Assembly: GCA_905236815.1 (NCBI GenBank)
Contig: CAJOPE010000041.1
Span: forward strand, 15,593 to 79,592
Reading direction: 5' to 3'
DNA length: 64,000 nt
DNA from: an uncultured Prevotella sp.
Lineage (GTDB): Bacteria; Bacteroidota; Bacteroidia; Bacteroidales; Bacteroidaceae
Part shown: piece by piece, positions 26,352 through 36,390 of the stretch
How positions within the stretch are numbered: the stretch's first letter is position 1
How the letters are laid out: every line of letters begins with the position of its first letter
Made by a program: the position numbers and the translations under genes
Notes under the pieces: model-generated
Databases searched by the model: none
Seen by the model: the letters and a program-made list of their open reading frames with translations, nothing else
What the model was told of the DNA's origin: nothing

Positions 26352-26412
26352 CTATGTATGGCATTTAGAAGCGCTAAGTGGCATACTTAGGATGGCCAAA
26401 TAGGCTATTTAA
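26352..26412. repeat. same 3 x 22-bp palindromic-unit module, locus B
   Basis: CTATGTATGGCATTTAG (26352), CTAAGTGGCATACTTAG (26374) and CCAAATAGGCTATTTAA (26396). Confidence 0.75.
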
Positions 26413-26461
26413 CTTTACAACATCTAAAATCACAGCCAAATCTAACAACCCCCTAAATCAA

Positions 26462-26755
26462 GAAAACATTTTTTTTGAAAAAATATTTCTTCCTTCATAT
26501 TAAACATAATTATCTGTACAACAACGAGTTGCTATGAAGGTAAAATTTACCTAAGTCTCTTTTTGAAACTTAGAAGATTCAACGCAATCCCTATTTGCCA
26601 CATGAATAATTGAAAGTTTTTATATCATATCAAGAATAACACAAATATTCAACTTAAAAATCAAATTAAAAATTCACCTTCATAACAACTCACTATCAGA
26701 CAACAACTTACGACTGATATGAAGGAAGAAATATTTATTTTAAATTTAAGCACCA
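26462..26755. repeat. nested inverted-repeat element, copy B (left arm 26462-26540, right arm from 26677; outer right end decayed; 136-bp centre)
   Basis: Same arm architecture: CCTTCATA at 26492 and 26677, TATGAAGG at 26533 and 26718, loops exactly 33 nt. The right outer arm matches for only about 20 nt beyond the hairpin. Confidence 0.8.
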
Positions 26756-26804
26756 GTGCTTCCTCTCAAGTTCAAGATTTAGAAACACTAACGCATTCTT
26801 TCTT

Positions 26805-26833
26805 ACAAGTTTTCAGTCCTACAAGTTTTCAGT
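26805..26833 (+). repeat. tandem direct repeat ACAAGTTTTCAGT x2 (16-bp period) about 70-100 bp upstream of the mraZ -7 box
   Basis: Exact 13-nt copies at 26805-26817 and 26821-26833. Confidence 0.7.
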
Positions 26834-26866
26834 TTTCCCGTTTTTTTATTAAGTTTTATAAAAATT

Positions 26867-26892
26867 GTGTAGAAAAGTGGGGAAGTGTGGGG
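26867..26892 (+). promoter_or_regulatory. candidate MraZ operator: GTG(T/G) direct repeats at 10-bp spacing abutting the dcw promoter
   Basis: GTGT at 26867, GTGGGG at 26877 and GTGGGG at 26887, with a further GTGT at 26899. These lie immediately upstream of the -7 box at 26902-26909. E. coli MraZ binds TGGGN direct repeats with a 10-bp period in its own promoter. Confidence 0.5.
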
Positions 26893-26901
26893 AATTTTGT
26901 G

Positions 26902-26909
26902 TAACTTTG
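26902..26909 (+). promoter_or_regulatory. -7 promoter box for mraZ / the dcw cluster
   Basis: TAACTTTG; 28 nt upstream of ATG 26938. Confidence 0.65.
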
Positions 26910-26937
26910 AACCCGAATTTCCATATAATATGTACGT

Positions 26938-27393
26938 ATGAGATTTCTAGGTAACATAGAAGCCAAAGCCGACAGCAAGGGAAGAGTCTTTCTGCCTGTC
27001 GTTTTCCGCAAGGTGCTCAACGCATCTGGCGAGGGAGATCTCGTACTCAGAAAGGATGTATTCCGCGATTGTCTGATGCTCTATCCAGAATCCGTATGGA
27101 ACGAGCAGCTCGACTATCTGCGAAGCAAGTTGAGCAGATGGAATGCAGAGCACCAGCAGATTTATCGCAGTTTCGTTGCCGATGCCGAAGCGATCAGCGT
27201 CGATGGAAGTGGCCGTATTCTCATTTCCAAGAGACTGATGAAGATGGCCAACATCGAGCAGAGTGTTCGATTCATCGGAATGGGCGACTACATCGAGATA
27301 TGGAATTGCAACGATTCAGAAAAGCCATTCATGAGCTCTGAGGATTTAGGAAAAGCACTCCAGAGTGTCATGTCGGACAAAATAGACTTCTAA
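26938..27393 (+). CDS. mraZ: transcriptional regulator MraZ
   Basis: 151 aa; duplicated SpoVT/AbrB-like halves (DSKGRVFLP, DGSGRILI). First gene of the dcw cluster. Confidence 0.95.
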   Translation: MRFLGNIEAKADSKGRVFLPVVFRKVLNASGEGDLVLRKDVFRDCLMLYPESVWNEQLDYLRSKLSRWNAEHQQIYRSFVADAEAISVDGSGRILISKRLMKMANIEQSVRFIGMGDYIEIWNCNDSEKPFMSSEDLGKALQSVMSDKIDF

Positions 27394-27399
27394 CGCAAG

Positions 27400-28326
27400 A
27401 TGGTAAAGACTGCACAAACTTATCATGTTCCCGTCCTACTGAATGAAAGTATCGACGGACTGAACATCCAGCCCGGAGGCATCTACGTAGATGTCACCTT
27501 CGGCGGAGGCGGACACTCCCGCGAGATTCTCCGAAGAATCAACGAAAATGGCAAAGGCCATCTCTACAGTTTCGACCAGGACGCTGATGCCGAGCAGAAT
27601 GTGGAACCTAACGACAACTTCACATTCGTACGCTCCAACTTCAGATACCTGAAGAACTGGATGAGATACTACGACATTCCAGCCATCGACGGACTGCTTG
27701 CCGATCTGGGCGTATCAAGCCACCACTTCGACGACGAAACCAGAGGATTCTCCTTCCGCTTCGACTCCCCTCTCGACATGAGAATGAACAAGCGAGCAGG
27801 AATGACTGCTGCCGACATTGTGAACAACTATGACGAGAAGCAGCTGGCCGACATCTTCTACCTCTATGGCGAGATGAAGAACTCCCGAAAAATCGCCTCC
27901 CTGCTGGTAAAGGCAAGAGCAGCCAACAATATAGCTACCACACAGGATTTCCTGAAGGCCGTGGAGCCTTGCTTCAAGCACGAGCGCGAGAAGAAAGATA
28001 TGGCAAAACTCTTCCAGGCACTTCGAATAGAAGTGAACCACGAGATGGACGCCTTGAAGGAAATGCTCTATTCTGCCACCGAGCTGCTAAGACCAGGAGG
28101 AAGACTTTCGGTTATCACCTACCACTCGCTGGAAGACAGAATCGTTAAGAACGTGATGAAATCGGGCAATGCCGAAGGAAAAGTAGAGCAAGACTTCTTC
28201 GGAAGAATACAGACTCCATTCAAGCTTATTAACAACAAAGTGATAGTGCCAGGAGCCGACGAGCAGACTAACAACCCTAGAAGCCGAAGTGCAAAATTGC
28301 GAATCGCCGAAAAGAAAGATGAGTAA
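27400..28326 (+). CDS. rsmH: 16S rRNA (cytosine1402-N4)-methyltransferase
   Basis: YHVPVLLNES and SAM-binding DVTFGGGGHS motifs. Confidence 0.95.
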   Translation: MVKTAQTYHVPVLLNESIDGLNIQPGGIYVDVTFGGGGHSREILRRINENGKGHLYSFDQDADAEQNVEPNDNFTFVRSNFRYLKNWMRYYDIPAIDGLLADLGVSSHHFDDETRGFSFRFDSPLDMRMNKRAGMTAADIVNNYDEKQLADIFYLYGEMKNSRKIASLLVKARAANNIATTQDFLKAVEPCFKHEREKKDMAKLFQALRIEVNHEMDALKEMLYSATELLRPGGRLSVITYHSLEDRIVKNVMKSGNAEGKVEQDFFGRIQTPFKLINNKVIVPGADEQTNNPRSRSAKLRIAEKKDE

Positions 28327-28813
28327 AGAAAAAGAAAAAATAGAAGAGGAAAACAAGAAAGCCTCTCAGGAAAAGCCCAAAGACGAGACCCCTAAGGCAG
28401 AAGAAAAGGAAACTTCGCTGAAGGAGGCTATCGAGCAGCAGGCTATCGAGGACGAGGCTCCGCTCACGTCGAGAATCACCCTGCGAAAGATTCTTGGTGG
28501 AGATATCCTCACAGCTCAGGCTATCCGTCATCAGATTTGGCTGATTCTGCTCATTATGTTCTTCGTGCTGATTTACATCAGCAACCGATATAGTGTGCAG
28601 AAAGACCTCATCGAGATTGACAAACTGCAGAAAGAACTGCAGGATGCTAAATACAGAGCCCTCTCAAGCAGTAGTAAAGTAACTGAGATCAGCCGAGAGA
28701 GCAATGTTCTCAATGAATTAAAAAACAATCAAGATAGTGACCTGCAAATTGCAAAGCAGCCACCATATATAATTAATGTCCCTGAAGGAGAAGAAGACCA
28801 GGAAGAAGAATGA
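28319..28813 (+). CDS. ftsL: FtsL-like cell-division protein (charged N-tail, single TM)
   Basis: Lies between rsmH and ftsI. Has one TM helix (IWLILLIMFFVLIYI) followed by a coiled segment. ATG 28319 overlaps the rsmH stop; the track GTG 28289 was rejected. Confidence 0.6.
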   Translation: MSKEKEKIEEENKKASQEKPKDETPKAEEKETSLKEAIEQQAIEDEAPLTSRITLRKILGGDILTAQAIRHQIWLILLIMFFVLIYISNRYSVQKDLIEIDKLQKELQDAKYRALSSSSKVTEISRESNVLNELKNNQDSDLQIAKQPPYIINVPEGEEDQEEE

Positions 28814-30969
28814 GCAGCAAGTTTGATGAAAAAAAAGTAATGCCGCGATACAGTGCCATCGCTATTTTGCTGACACTGATAGCCTTTGCTGTTCTTGGCA
28901 AAGCCCTATACATCATGACAGCCAAGCGCAGTTTCTGGGTGCAGGTGGCTGACAGGGTGAAAAGGGACTCTGTGCCTGTAAAGCCAAATCGAGGCAATAT
29001 TCTCAGTTGCGATGGTCAGCTGATGGCCAGCTCGCTGCCTGAGTTCAAACTCTTTATGGATTTCAAGGCACTGCACGAGGCCGAGAACGATTCTTTGTGG
29101 GATGCTAAGGTAGATTCCATTTGTCTATGTCTGCATCAGGAGTTTCCAGAGATTTCCGCACAGGAATTCAAGAAAAAACTCGCAGAGGGAAAAAAGAAAC
29201 AAAGCCGACACTGGCCAATCTATGGAAAGCGTGTCGATTATAATACATTCACAGCCATCAAGAGCCTGCCAGTATTCCGACTCACTCCCTATAAGAGTGG
29301 TTTCCACTGGGATGAATACAATGCGAGAAAGCGTTCGTATGGCTCTCTGGCAGGAAGAACGATTGGAGCGATGTTTGGAGCAAAGGATACTGCCCGTTTC
29401 GGACTCGAACTCTCCTACGACTCCATTCTTCGAGGAAAGAATGGTATCGTTCATAGAAGAAAGGTACGCAATCAGTTCCTCAACATCACCGACACCCCTC
29501 CTATCGATGGTGCCGACATTGTAACAACCATCGACGTAGGCATTCAAGACCTAGCCGAGCGCTCTGTCATCGACGAGCTGAAGGAGATCAATGGAAATGT
29601 GGGTGTCGCCATTGTAATGGAAGTAGCTACTGGCGACATCAAGGCCATCGTGAATATGGAAAAGTGCTTTGATGGCGAATATCGAGAGATCCACAATCAT
29701 GCTGTTAGTGACCTTCTCGAGCCAGGCTCTGTATTCAAGACAGCTTCCATCATGGTGGCACTGGATGATGGAGTGGTTGACACCACCTATACTATTGATA
29801 CAGGTGCAGGTATATGGAATATGTATGGTCGTGATATGAAGGACCACAACTGGCGAAGAGGTGGTTATGGAACTATCACACTGCCAAGATCACTTGAGGT
29901 AAGTTCCAACATCGGTGTTAGTAGAATCATCGACGACCATTACAAGAATGAGCCTGAGAAATTCGTGAGAGGCATCTATCGCACTGGTCTTGCCGACAAC
30001 TTGAATATTCCACTTGTGGGTGCAACTTCTGCAAGAATCAGAATGCCTCACAAGAACAGTCACAACCAGTACGACAACTGGAGTCATACGGCATTGCCAT
30101 GGATGAGTATCGGATATGAGACACAGATACCTCCTATCTCTACCCTCACCTTCTATAATGCCATCGCCAATGGCGGAAAGATGATGCGCCCACGCTTTGT
30201 GACAAAGGTTGTGAAGAATGGAGAAACCATCATGGAGTTCCCTCCAGAGGTGATGAGAGAGCAAATATGTAAGCCTAAGACTTTGAACTTGATGCAGACT
30301 ATTCTGTATCACGTTGTAAGTCAAGGACTTGGTAAACGAGCTGGTTCTAATTCCTTCAAGGTTGCAGGAAAAACAGGTACAGCTCAGATTTCACAAGGTA
30401 CAAGTGGCTACAAGACCGATGGAACCAACTATCTGCTGAGTTTTGCAGGTTATTTCCCTGCCGACAATCCTAGATATAGCTGTATTGTCTGCATCCAGAA
30501 GTCAGGCCTCCCTGCATCAGGAGGTGGAATGAGTGGACTTGTATTCCACAACATTGCCGAGGGCATTATGGCTCAGGACATCAAACTCGACATCAAGGAC
30601 GCCAAGGACTCAACCTCAATTTTGGTTCCAGATGTAAAGAATGGAAATGTACTTGCTGCCGACTATGTATTGAGACATCTCAACATACCAACCAATGCCA
30701 ACTGGACAGTAAACTACACCAATGCCACTCCTGTATGGGGTACAACTCGAAAGAACAACAACACATCGATTGTTCTTGAGAAGCAGAAGCAATATGGAAA
30801 GAGCTACATCCCTAACGTTATCGGAATGGGAGCAAGAGATGCAGTTTACCTGATAGAAGGAAGAGGTGTAAAATGCACTATCCTCGGACGAGGAAAAGTG
30901 GTGAAACAGAGTCTGGAACCAGGTCACCATATCAAAAAGGGCGAAAAATGCCTTCTTGTGTTAGATTAA
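28810..30969 (+). CDS. ftsI: penicillin-binding protein (class B transpeptidase, FtsI/PBP3-like)
   Basis: SxxK (GSVFKT), SxN (SSN) and KTG (GKTGTA) motifs. ATGA overlap with ftsL. Confidence 0.9.
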   Translation: MSSKFDEKKVMPRYSAIAILLTLIAFAVLGKALYIMTAKRSFWVQVADRVKRDSVPVKPNRGNILSCDGQLMASSLPEFKLFMDFKALHEAENDSLWDAKVDSICLCLHQEFPEISAQEFKKKLAEGKKKQSRHWPIYGKRVDYNTFTAIKSLPVFRLTPYKSGFHWDEYNARKRSYGSLAGRTIGAMFGAKDTARFGLELSYDSILRGKNGIVHRRKVRNQFLNITDTPPIDGADIVTTIDVGIQDLAERSVIDELKEINGNVGVAIVMEVATGDIKAIVNMEKCFDGEYREIHNHAVSDLLEPGSVFKTASIMVALDDGVVDTTYTIDTGAGIWNMYGRDMKDHNWRRGGYGTITLPRSLEVSSNIGVSRIIDDHYKNEPEKFVRGIYRTGLADNLNIPLVGATSARIRMPHKNSHNQYDNWSHTALPWMSIGYETQIPPISTLTFYNAIANGGKMMRPRFVTKVVKNGETIMEFPPEVMREQICKPKTLNLMQTILYHVVSQGLGKRAGSNSFKVAGKTGTAQISQGTSGYKTDGTNYLLSFAGYFPADNPRYSCIVCIQKSGLPASGGGMSGLVFHNIAEGIMAQDIKLDIKDAKDSTSILVPDVKNGNVLAADYVLRHLNIPTNANWTVNYTNATPVWGTTRKNNNTSIVLEKQKQYGKSYIPNVIGMGARDAVYLIEGRGVKCTILGRGKVVKQSLEPGHHIKKGEKCLLVLD

Positions 30970-30984
30970 TAAAATAATGTATAT

Positions 30985-32448
30985 ATGAAATTAGATGAAT
31001 TGCTCAAAAACATCCAACCAATCGAGATTATTGGTGATGCTAAAGCAGAAATAACAGGCGTCAACATCGATTCCAGAAGAATCGAAAACGGACACTTATT
31101 TGTTGCGATGAAGGGAACTCAGGTGGATGGACATAAGTTCATTCCTAAAGCTATTGAGTTAGGAGCAAAAGCGGTTTTGTGCGAGGATATGCCTGAGGAG
31201 CGAGTTGAGGGCGTAACTTATGTGAAGGTAGAATCTACCGAAGATGCCGTGGGAAAGGTAGCAACCTTATTCTATGGCGATCCTTCTAGCCACCTCACAC
31301 TGGTTGGTGTTACTGGCACCAATGGCAAAACAACTATCGCCACCTTATTATATAATATGTTCCGCAAGTTCGGATATAAGGTAGGTTTGCTTTCTACTGT
31401 ATGCAACTATATCGACGACAAGCCTGTTCCTGCCGACCACACTACTCCAGATCCAATTGAGCTGAACGCTCTTTTGAGCGAGATGGTTAAGGCTGGTTGT
31501 GAATATGCATTCATGGAATGTTCTTCCCATGCAATTCATCAGAAGCGAATCGGTGCTCTGAAATTTAAGGGTGGTATCTTCACTAATCTGACGAGAGATC
31601 ATTTGGATTACCACAAGACATTCGAGAACTATCGTGATGCCAAGAAGGCCTTCTTCGATGGTCTCGGCAAGGATGCATTTGCCATTACAAATGCCGATGA
31701 CAAGAACGGTATGGTAATGGTTCAAAATACAAAGGCAACGGTCAAGACATACTCTGTAAGACAGATGGCAGATTTCCGTGCAAAGCTTTTGGAATGCCAT
31801 TTCGAGGGTATGTATCTCGACATCGACAATCATGAAGTTGGGGTTCAGTTCATTGGCAAGTTCAACGTAAGCAATCTACTTGCAGTATATGGCGCAGCTG
31901 TAATGCTAGGCAAGACTCCTGAGGAAATATTGGTTGCCATGAGCACACTTCATAGCGTTAATGGACGTTTGGAGCCAATCCATTCTCCTAAGGGATATAC
32001 AGCTGTTGTAGATTATGCTCATACCCCAGACGCATTAGAGAATGTACTGAATGCTATCCATGAGGTTCTCAATGGAAAAGGTCATGTAATCACTGTATGT
32101 GGAGCTGGTGGCAATCGTGATAAGGGAAAGCGTCCTCTGATGGCTCAAGAAGCAGTAAAACAAAGTGACACCGTCATTATCACAAGCGACAATCCACGTT
32201 TTGAGGAGCCACAGGATATCATCAATGATATGGAAGCAGGTCTCAATGCAAAGCAGATGGATAAAGTCATCACAATTGTTGACAGAAAGGAAGCCATCAA
32301 GACGGCTTGCAAGCTCGCACAGAAGGGAGATGTTATCCTTGTTGCTGGTAAGGGACATGAGAACTATCAGGACATCAAGGGTGTAAAGCACCACTTCGAT
32401 GATCACGAAATTCTTCGCGATATCTTCGCAACTCAAACAGAAGATTAA
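30985..32448 (+). CDS. murE: UDP-N-acetylmuramoyl-L-alanyl-D-glutamate--2,6-diaminopimelate ligase
   Basis: [11 protein letters not shown]-loop and position in the dcw cluster. Confidence 0.94.
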   Translation: MKLDELLKNIQPIEIIGDAKAEITGVNIDSRRIENGHLFVAMKGTQVDGHKFIPKAIELGAKAVLCEDMPEERVEGVTYVKVESTEDAVGKVATLFYGDPSSHLTLVGVTGTNGKTTIATLLYNMFRKFGYKVGLLSTVCNYIDDKPVPADHTTPDPIELNALLSEMVKAGCEYAFMECSSHAIHQKRIGALKFKGGIFTNLTRDHLDYHKTFENYRDAKKAFFDGLGKDAFAITNADDKNGMVMVQNTKATVKTYSVRQMADFRAKLLECHFEGMYLDIDNHEVGVQFIGKFNVSNLLAVYGAAVMLGKTPEEILVAMSTLHSVNGRLEPIHSPKGYTAVVDYAHTPDALENVLNAIHEVLNGKGHVITVCGAGGNRDKGKRPLMAQEAVKQSDTVIITSDNPRFEEPQDIINDMEAGLNAKQMDKVITIVDRKEAIKTACKLAQKGDVILVAGKGHENYQDIKGVKHHFDDHEILRDIFATQTED

Positions 32449-32465
32449 TATAGAACACTACAAGT

Positions 32466-33737
32466 ATGTTATATTATTTGTTTAGATTTTTAGAACAATG
32501 GGGTATCTCTGGATCTCACATGTGGGGATATATTTCCTTCAGAGCCCTATTGGCAATGATATTTTCACTCGTCATTTCAGCATGGTTTGGCGAGAGATTC
32601 ATTAAGTATTTAAAGAGCAAGCAGATCACTGAGACTCAGCGTGATGCCAGCATCGACCCATTTGGTGTAAAAAAGATTGGTGTACCATCAATGGGAGGTG
32701 TCATCATTATCGTTGCCATCTTGGTTCCGGTTCTTTTACTTGGTCGTCTTCGAAACATTTATCTCATTTTGATGATAATCACCACTATATGGTTGGGATT
32801 TCTCGGAGGAATGGATGATTTCATAAAGATATTCAAGAGAGATAAGGAAGGATTGAAGGGTAAATACAAAATCGTTGGACAGATAGGTATTGGCCTAATC
32901 GTTGGATTAGTATTATGGGCATCACCTGATGTAACCATGAACGAAAACCTCACTCTCGAAAATCAAAACGGTCAGGAAATGGTAGTCAAGCATAGAGCAG
33001 TGCCTCATAAATCGCTGAAAACTACCATCCCATTTGTTAAAGGTCATAACCTTGATTATTCCAAGGTAACAGCTTTCTGCGGAGATTACGCCGTTGCAGC
33101 TGGATGGATACTATTTGTTATCATGACCATTTTTGTAGTTACAGCCGTATCAAACGGAGCGAACCTCAATGATGGTATGGATGGTATGTGTGCAGGTAAT
33201 TCGGCCATAATTGGAGTGGCATTAGGTATATTGGCCTATGTAAGTTCCCACATCAAATTTGCAGCCTACCTAAACATTATGTATATCCCAGGATCAGAAG
33301 AGTTAGTTGTATTCTTCTGTGCATTCATTGGAGCCCTTATCGGTTTCCTTTGGTATAATGCATATCCTGCGCAGGTATTCATGGGCGACACAGGTTCTCT
33401 CACTATTGGAGGTATCATTGCAGTTGGTGCTATTATCATCCACAAGGAGTTGCTATTGCCAATTCTCTGCGGCATCTTCTTTGTTGAGAGCTTGAGTGTA
33501 ATCATCCAGGTTTGGTATTACAAACTAGGAAAGCGGAAGGGTGTGAAGCAGCGAGTCTTCAAGCGAACACCTATCCATGACAACTTCCGAACTCAGGATA
33601 GTCAGCTTGACCCTGAATGTACATATTTATTTAAGAAGCCTAAGGGCGCAGTTCACGAATCAAAGATTACTATCCGTTTCTGGATTGTAACCATCATCCT
33701 AGCTGCACTCACTATCATAACATTAAAAATAAGGTAA
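32466..33737 (+). CDS. mraY: phospho-N-acetylmuramoyl-pentapeptide transferase
   Basis: Polytopic membrane protein with NLNDGMDG and DTGS motifs. Confidence 0.95.
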   Translation: MLYYLFRFLEQWGISGSHMWGYISFRALLAMIFSLVISAWFGERFIKYLKSKQITETQRDASIDPFGVKKIGVPSMGGVIIIVAILVPVLLLGRLRNIYLILMIITTIWLGFLGGMDDFIKIFKRDKEGLKGKYKIVGQIGIGLIVGLVLWASPDVTMNENLTLENQNGQEMVVKHRAVPHKSLKTTIPFVKGHNLDYSKVTAFCGDYAVAAGWILFVIMTIFVVTAVSNGANLNDGMDGMCAGNSAIIGVALGILAYVSSHIKFAAYLNIMYIPGSEELVVFFCAFIGALIGFLWYNAYPAQVFMGDTGSLTIGGIIAVGAIIIHKELLLPILCGIFFVESLSVIIQVWYYKLGKRKGVKQRVFKRTPIHDNFRTQDSQLDPECTYLFKKPKGAVHESKITIRFWIVTIILAALTIITLKIR

Positions 33738-33738
33738 A

Positions 33739-35070
33739 ATGAGTAGAATTGTAGTACTTGGTGCTGGCGAAAGCGGTGCTGGAGCAGCCGTACTGGCAAA
33801 AAAAGAGGGATTTGATGTATTTGTTTCTGATATGTCCAAGATCAAGGACAAGTACAAAAAACTTCTCGACGATCATGGTATCGAATGGGAAGAGGGTCAG
33901 CATACAGAAGAGAAGATTCTGAATGCTGATGAAATCATCAAGAGTCCTGGTATCCCTAAAGAGGCGCCAATGATTCAGAAGTTGATGGCACAGGGTACTC
34001 ACATCATCAGCGAAATCGAATTCGCTGGTAGATATACTGACGCCAAGATGGTCTGCATCACAGGTAGTAATGGCAAGACTACAACTACTTCCCTTATCTA
34101 TCATGTTTTCAAGGCAGCAGGATATGATGCTGGTCTTGCTGGAAACATCGGAAGAAGCTTGGCTTTACAGGTTGCAGAGGATCCACACGAATATTATATC
34201 ATCGAGTTGAGTTCTTTCCAGCTCGATAATATGTATGATTTCCGTGCCAACATTGCAATTCTGCTGAATATCACCCCAGACCATCTCGACCGTTATGATA
34301 ATAAGTTCGAGAATTATGCTGACTCCAAGATGAGAATCATCCAGAATCAGACTAAGGAAGACAGTTTCATCTATTGGAATGATGATCCAGTTATCAAAAA
34401 AGAATTAGAGAAATTCGATATTCAGTCAGTGGCATGTCCTTTCTCTGAATTAAAGGAAAATGGTTCTATTGCCTACATCGAAGCTGGTCAATACAAGATA
34501 GAATACCCTACTCCGTTCAATATGGAGCAGGAGGAGCTAAGCCTCACTGGTAAGCATAATATCTACAATAGCCTTGCTGCAGGTCTGGCTACCAACATTG
34601 CTGGTATCAAAAAAGAAGTTATCCGCAAGAGCCTAAGCGACTTCCCAGGTGTAGAACATCGTTTGGAGAAAGTATGTAAGGTGGCAGGTGTACAGTATGT
34701 CAACGACTCAAAGGCTACTAATGTTGATGCATGCTGGTATGCACTTGAAAGTATGAAGACCCCTACCATTTTGATTCTTGGTGGCAAGGATAAAGGAAAC
34801 GACTACAGTCAGATTTATGACCTTGTAAAGAAGAAATGTGCAGGATTAGTATATCTGGGTGCAGACAATAAGAAATTACACGACAATTTCGACCAGTTTG
34901 GAATTCCAGTGAGAGACACTCACAGCATGAAGGAATGTATTGAGGCATGCTATGAATTGGCAAAACCCGGTGACACAGTATTACTGAGTCCATGCTGTGC
35001 AAGTTTCGACTTGTTCAAGAATATGGAAGATCGAGGTGAACAATTTAAAACATTAGCAAGAAATCTATAA
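33739..35070 (+). CDS. murD: UDP-N-acetylmuramoylalanine--D-glutamate ligase
   Basis: ITGSNGKTTTT P-loop and N-terminal Rossmann VLGAGESG. Confidence 0.95.
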   Translation: MSRIVVLGAGESGAGAAVLAKKEGFDVFVSDMSKIKDKYKKLLDDHGIEWEEGQHTEEKILNADEIIKSPGIPKEAPMIQKLMAQGTHIISEIEFAGRYTDAKMVCITGSNGKTTTTSLIYHVFKAAGYDAGLAGNIGRSLALQVAEDPHEYYIIELSSFQLDNMYDFRANIAILLNITPDHLDRYDNKFENYADSKMRIIQNQTKEDSFIYWNDDPVIKKELEKFDIQSVACPFSELKENGSIAYIEAGQYKIEYPTPFNMEQEELSLTGKHNIYNSLAAGLATNIAGIKKEVIRKSLSDFPGVEHRLEKVCKVAGVQYVNDSKATNVDACWYALESMKTPTILILGGKDKGNDYSQIYDLVKKKCAGLVYLGADNKKLHDNFDQFGIPVRDTHSMKECIEACYELAKPGDTVLLSPCCASFDLFKNMEDRGEQFKTLARNL

Positions 35071-35073
35071 AAA

Positions 35074-36336
35074 ATGAACAATAAAACCCTAAGCAACATA
35101 TTTAAAGGCGACAAGGTAATCTGGATGGTTTTCTTTTTTCTTTGTCTCGTCAGTATTGTGGAAGTCTATTCGGCTTCCAGTACTCTGACGTATAAGACAG
35201 GAAACTATCTGGCTCCTGTACTTAAGCACGCCGGATTGTTGATTGTGGGTGCATTCTTTATGGTGGTGACACTCAATATCAAATGCAAATTCTTCAAGAT
35301 TGTCACTCCATTTATGCTACTTGGTTCATTCATTACATTGATTTGGGTATTAATCGCAGGCCAATCCACCAATGGAGCTCAGCGTTGGATTAGTCTTGTA
35401 GGTATACAATTCCAGCCTTCCGAGATTGCAAAAGGGGCTATGGTTTTGGCAGTTGCACAGATTTTAAGTGCCATGCAGACAGAAAAAGGTGCAGATAAAC
35501 GAGCAATGAAATACATCTTCATTGTATGTGCATTTATTGTACCACTAATTATGCTAGAGAACCTGTCAACAGCCATGCTGCTTTGCATTACCATTTTCTT
35601 TATGATGGTTATAGGTAGAATACCAAATTCACAACTCGGTAAACTGATAGGTGGAACCCTAATCATAATTGTGAGCGTCCTTGCACTGGTTATGCTTGTA
35701 GGAAAAGCCGAACCTGAGAGCGCACAAAAGAATTTAGTCGAAGAAACTGTGAAGGAAGAACCTGGCATATTTACAAAGTTATTCCACCGAGCAGATACAT
35801 GGAAAGCCCGTATTGTAGATTTTACAGGAGATAAGAACCAGAAGCCTGAAGACATCGACTTGGATAAAGATGGACAGAAAGCCCATGCTAACATTGCCAT
35901 TGCGACATCTAGCATAATTGGAAAAGGTCCAGGAAACTCAGATGAGAGAGACTTCCTTTCACAAGCATTCTCCGATTTCATCTATGCTATTATCATAGAA
36001 GAAACAGGAATCGAAGGAGCTTTCTTTGTAGCATTCCTGTATATTGTGCTGCTCTTCCGAACTGGTAGAATTGCCAATAAATGCGAAAATAATTTCCCGG
36101 CCTTTCTTGCAATGGGACTAGCACTTCTGTTGGTTACCCAAGCATTATTCAATATGCTCGTTGCTGTAGGACTTGCTCCAGTAACTGGTCAGCCACTGCC
36201 TCTGATCAGTAAGGGAGGAACCTCGACCATCATCAACTGCATCTATGTGGGAATTATTCTCAGCATCAGTCGTTCAGCCAAAAAGAAAAGCGAGCCACTG
36301 GAAGAGAACGTAACTCCACAGATTTCAACAATTTAA
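35074..36336 (+). CDS. ftsW: SEDS-family peptidoglycan glycosyltransferase FtsW
   Basis: Polytopic SEDS profile (QPSEIAK, PLISKGGTS) and dcw position. Confidence 0.9.
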   Translation: MNNKTLSNIFKGDKVIWMVFFFLCLVSIVEVYSASSTLTYKTGNYLAPVLKHAGLLIVGAFFMVVTLNIKCKFFKIVTPFMLLGSFITLIWVLIAGQSTNGAQRWISLVGIQFQPSEIAKGAMVLAVAQILSAMQTEKGADKRAMKYIFIVCAFIVPLIMLENLSTAMLLCITIFFMMVIGRIPNSQLGKLIGGTLIIIVSVLALVMLVGKAEPESAQKNLVEETVKEEPGIFTKLFHRADTWKARIVDFTGDKNQKPEDIDLDKDGQKAHANIAIATSSIIGKGPGNSDERDFLSQAFSDFIYAIIIEETGIEGAFFVAFLYIVLLFRTGRIANKCENNFPAFLAMGLALLLVTQALFNMLVAVGLAPVTGQPLPLISKGGTSTIINCIYVGIILSISRSAKKKSEPLEENVTPQISTI

Positions 36337-36390
36337 ATTAAAGGCAGACAATTAAATAGGATAAAATTATCAAAAAAGATTTTTTTTGAT

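Noticed and set aside
26468-26490. Apparent flipped orientation of the A/T palindrome in copy B (T8-G-A6 versus T6-C-A7), suggesting a small internal inversion.
   Set aside because: The asymmetric CA...TA flanks keep the same order as in copies A and C. The difference is therefore explained by a C-to-G substitution plus homopolymer slippage, not inversion.
26719-26904. 61-aa ORF (MKEEIFILNLS...) upstream of mraZ.
   Set aside because: Its ATG is the ATGAAGG of the right-arm hairpin of repeat copy B. It runs through the tandem duplication, the putative MraZ operator and the -7 box. It has no recognisable family, so it is probably a chance ORF.
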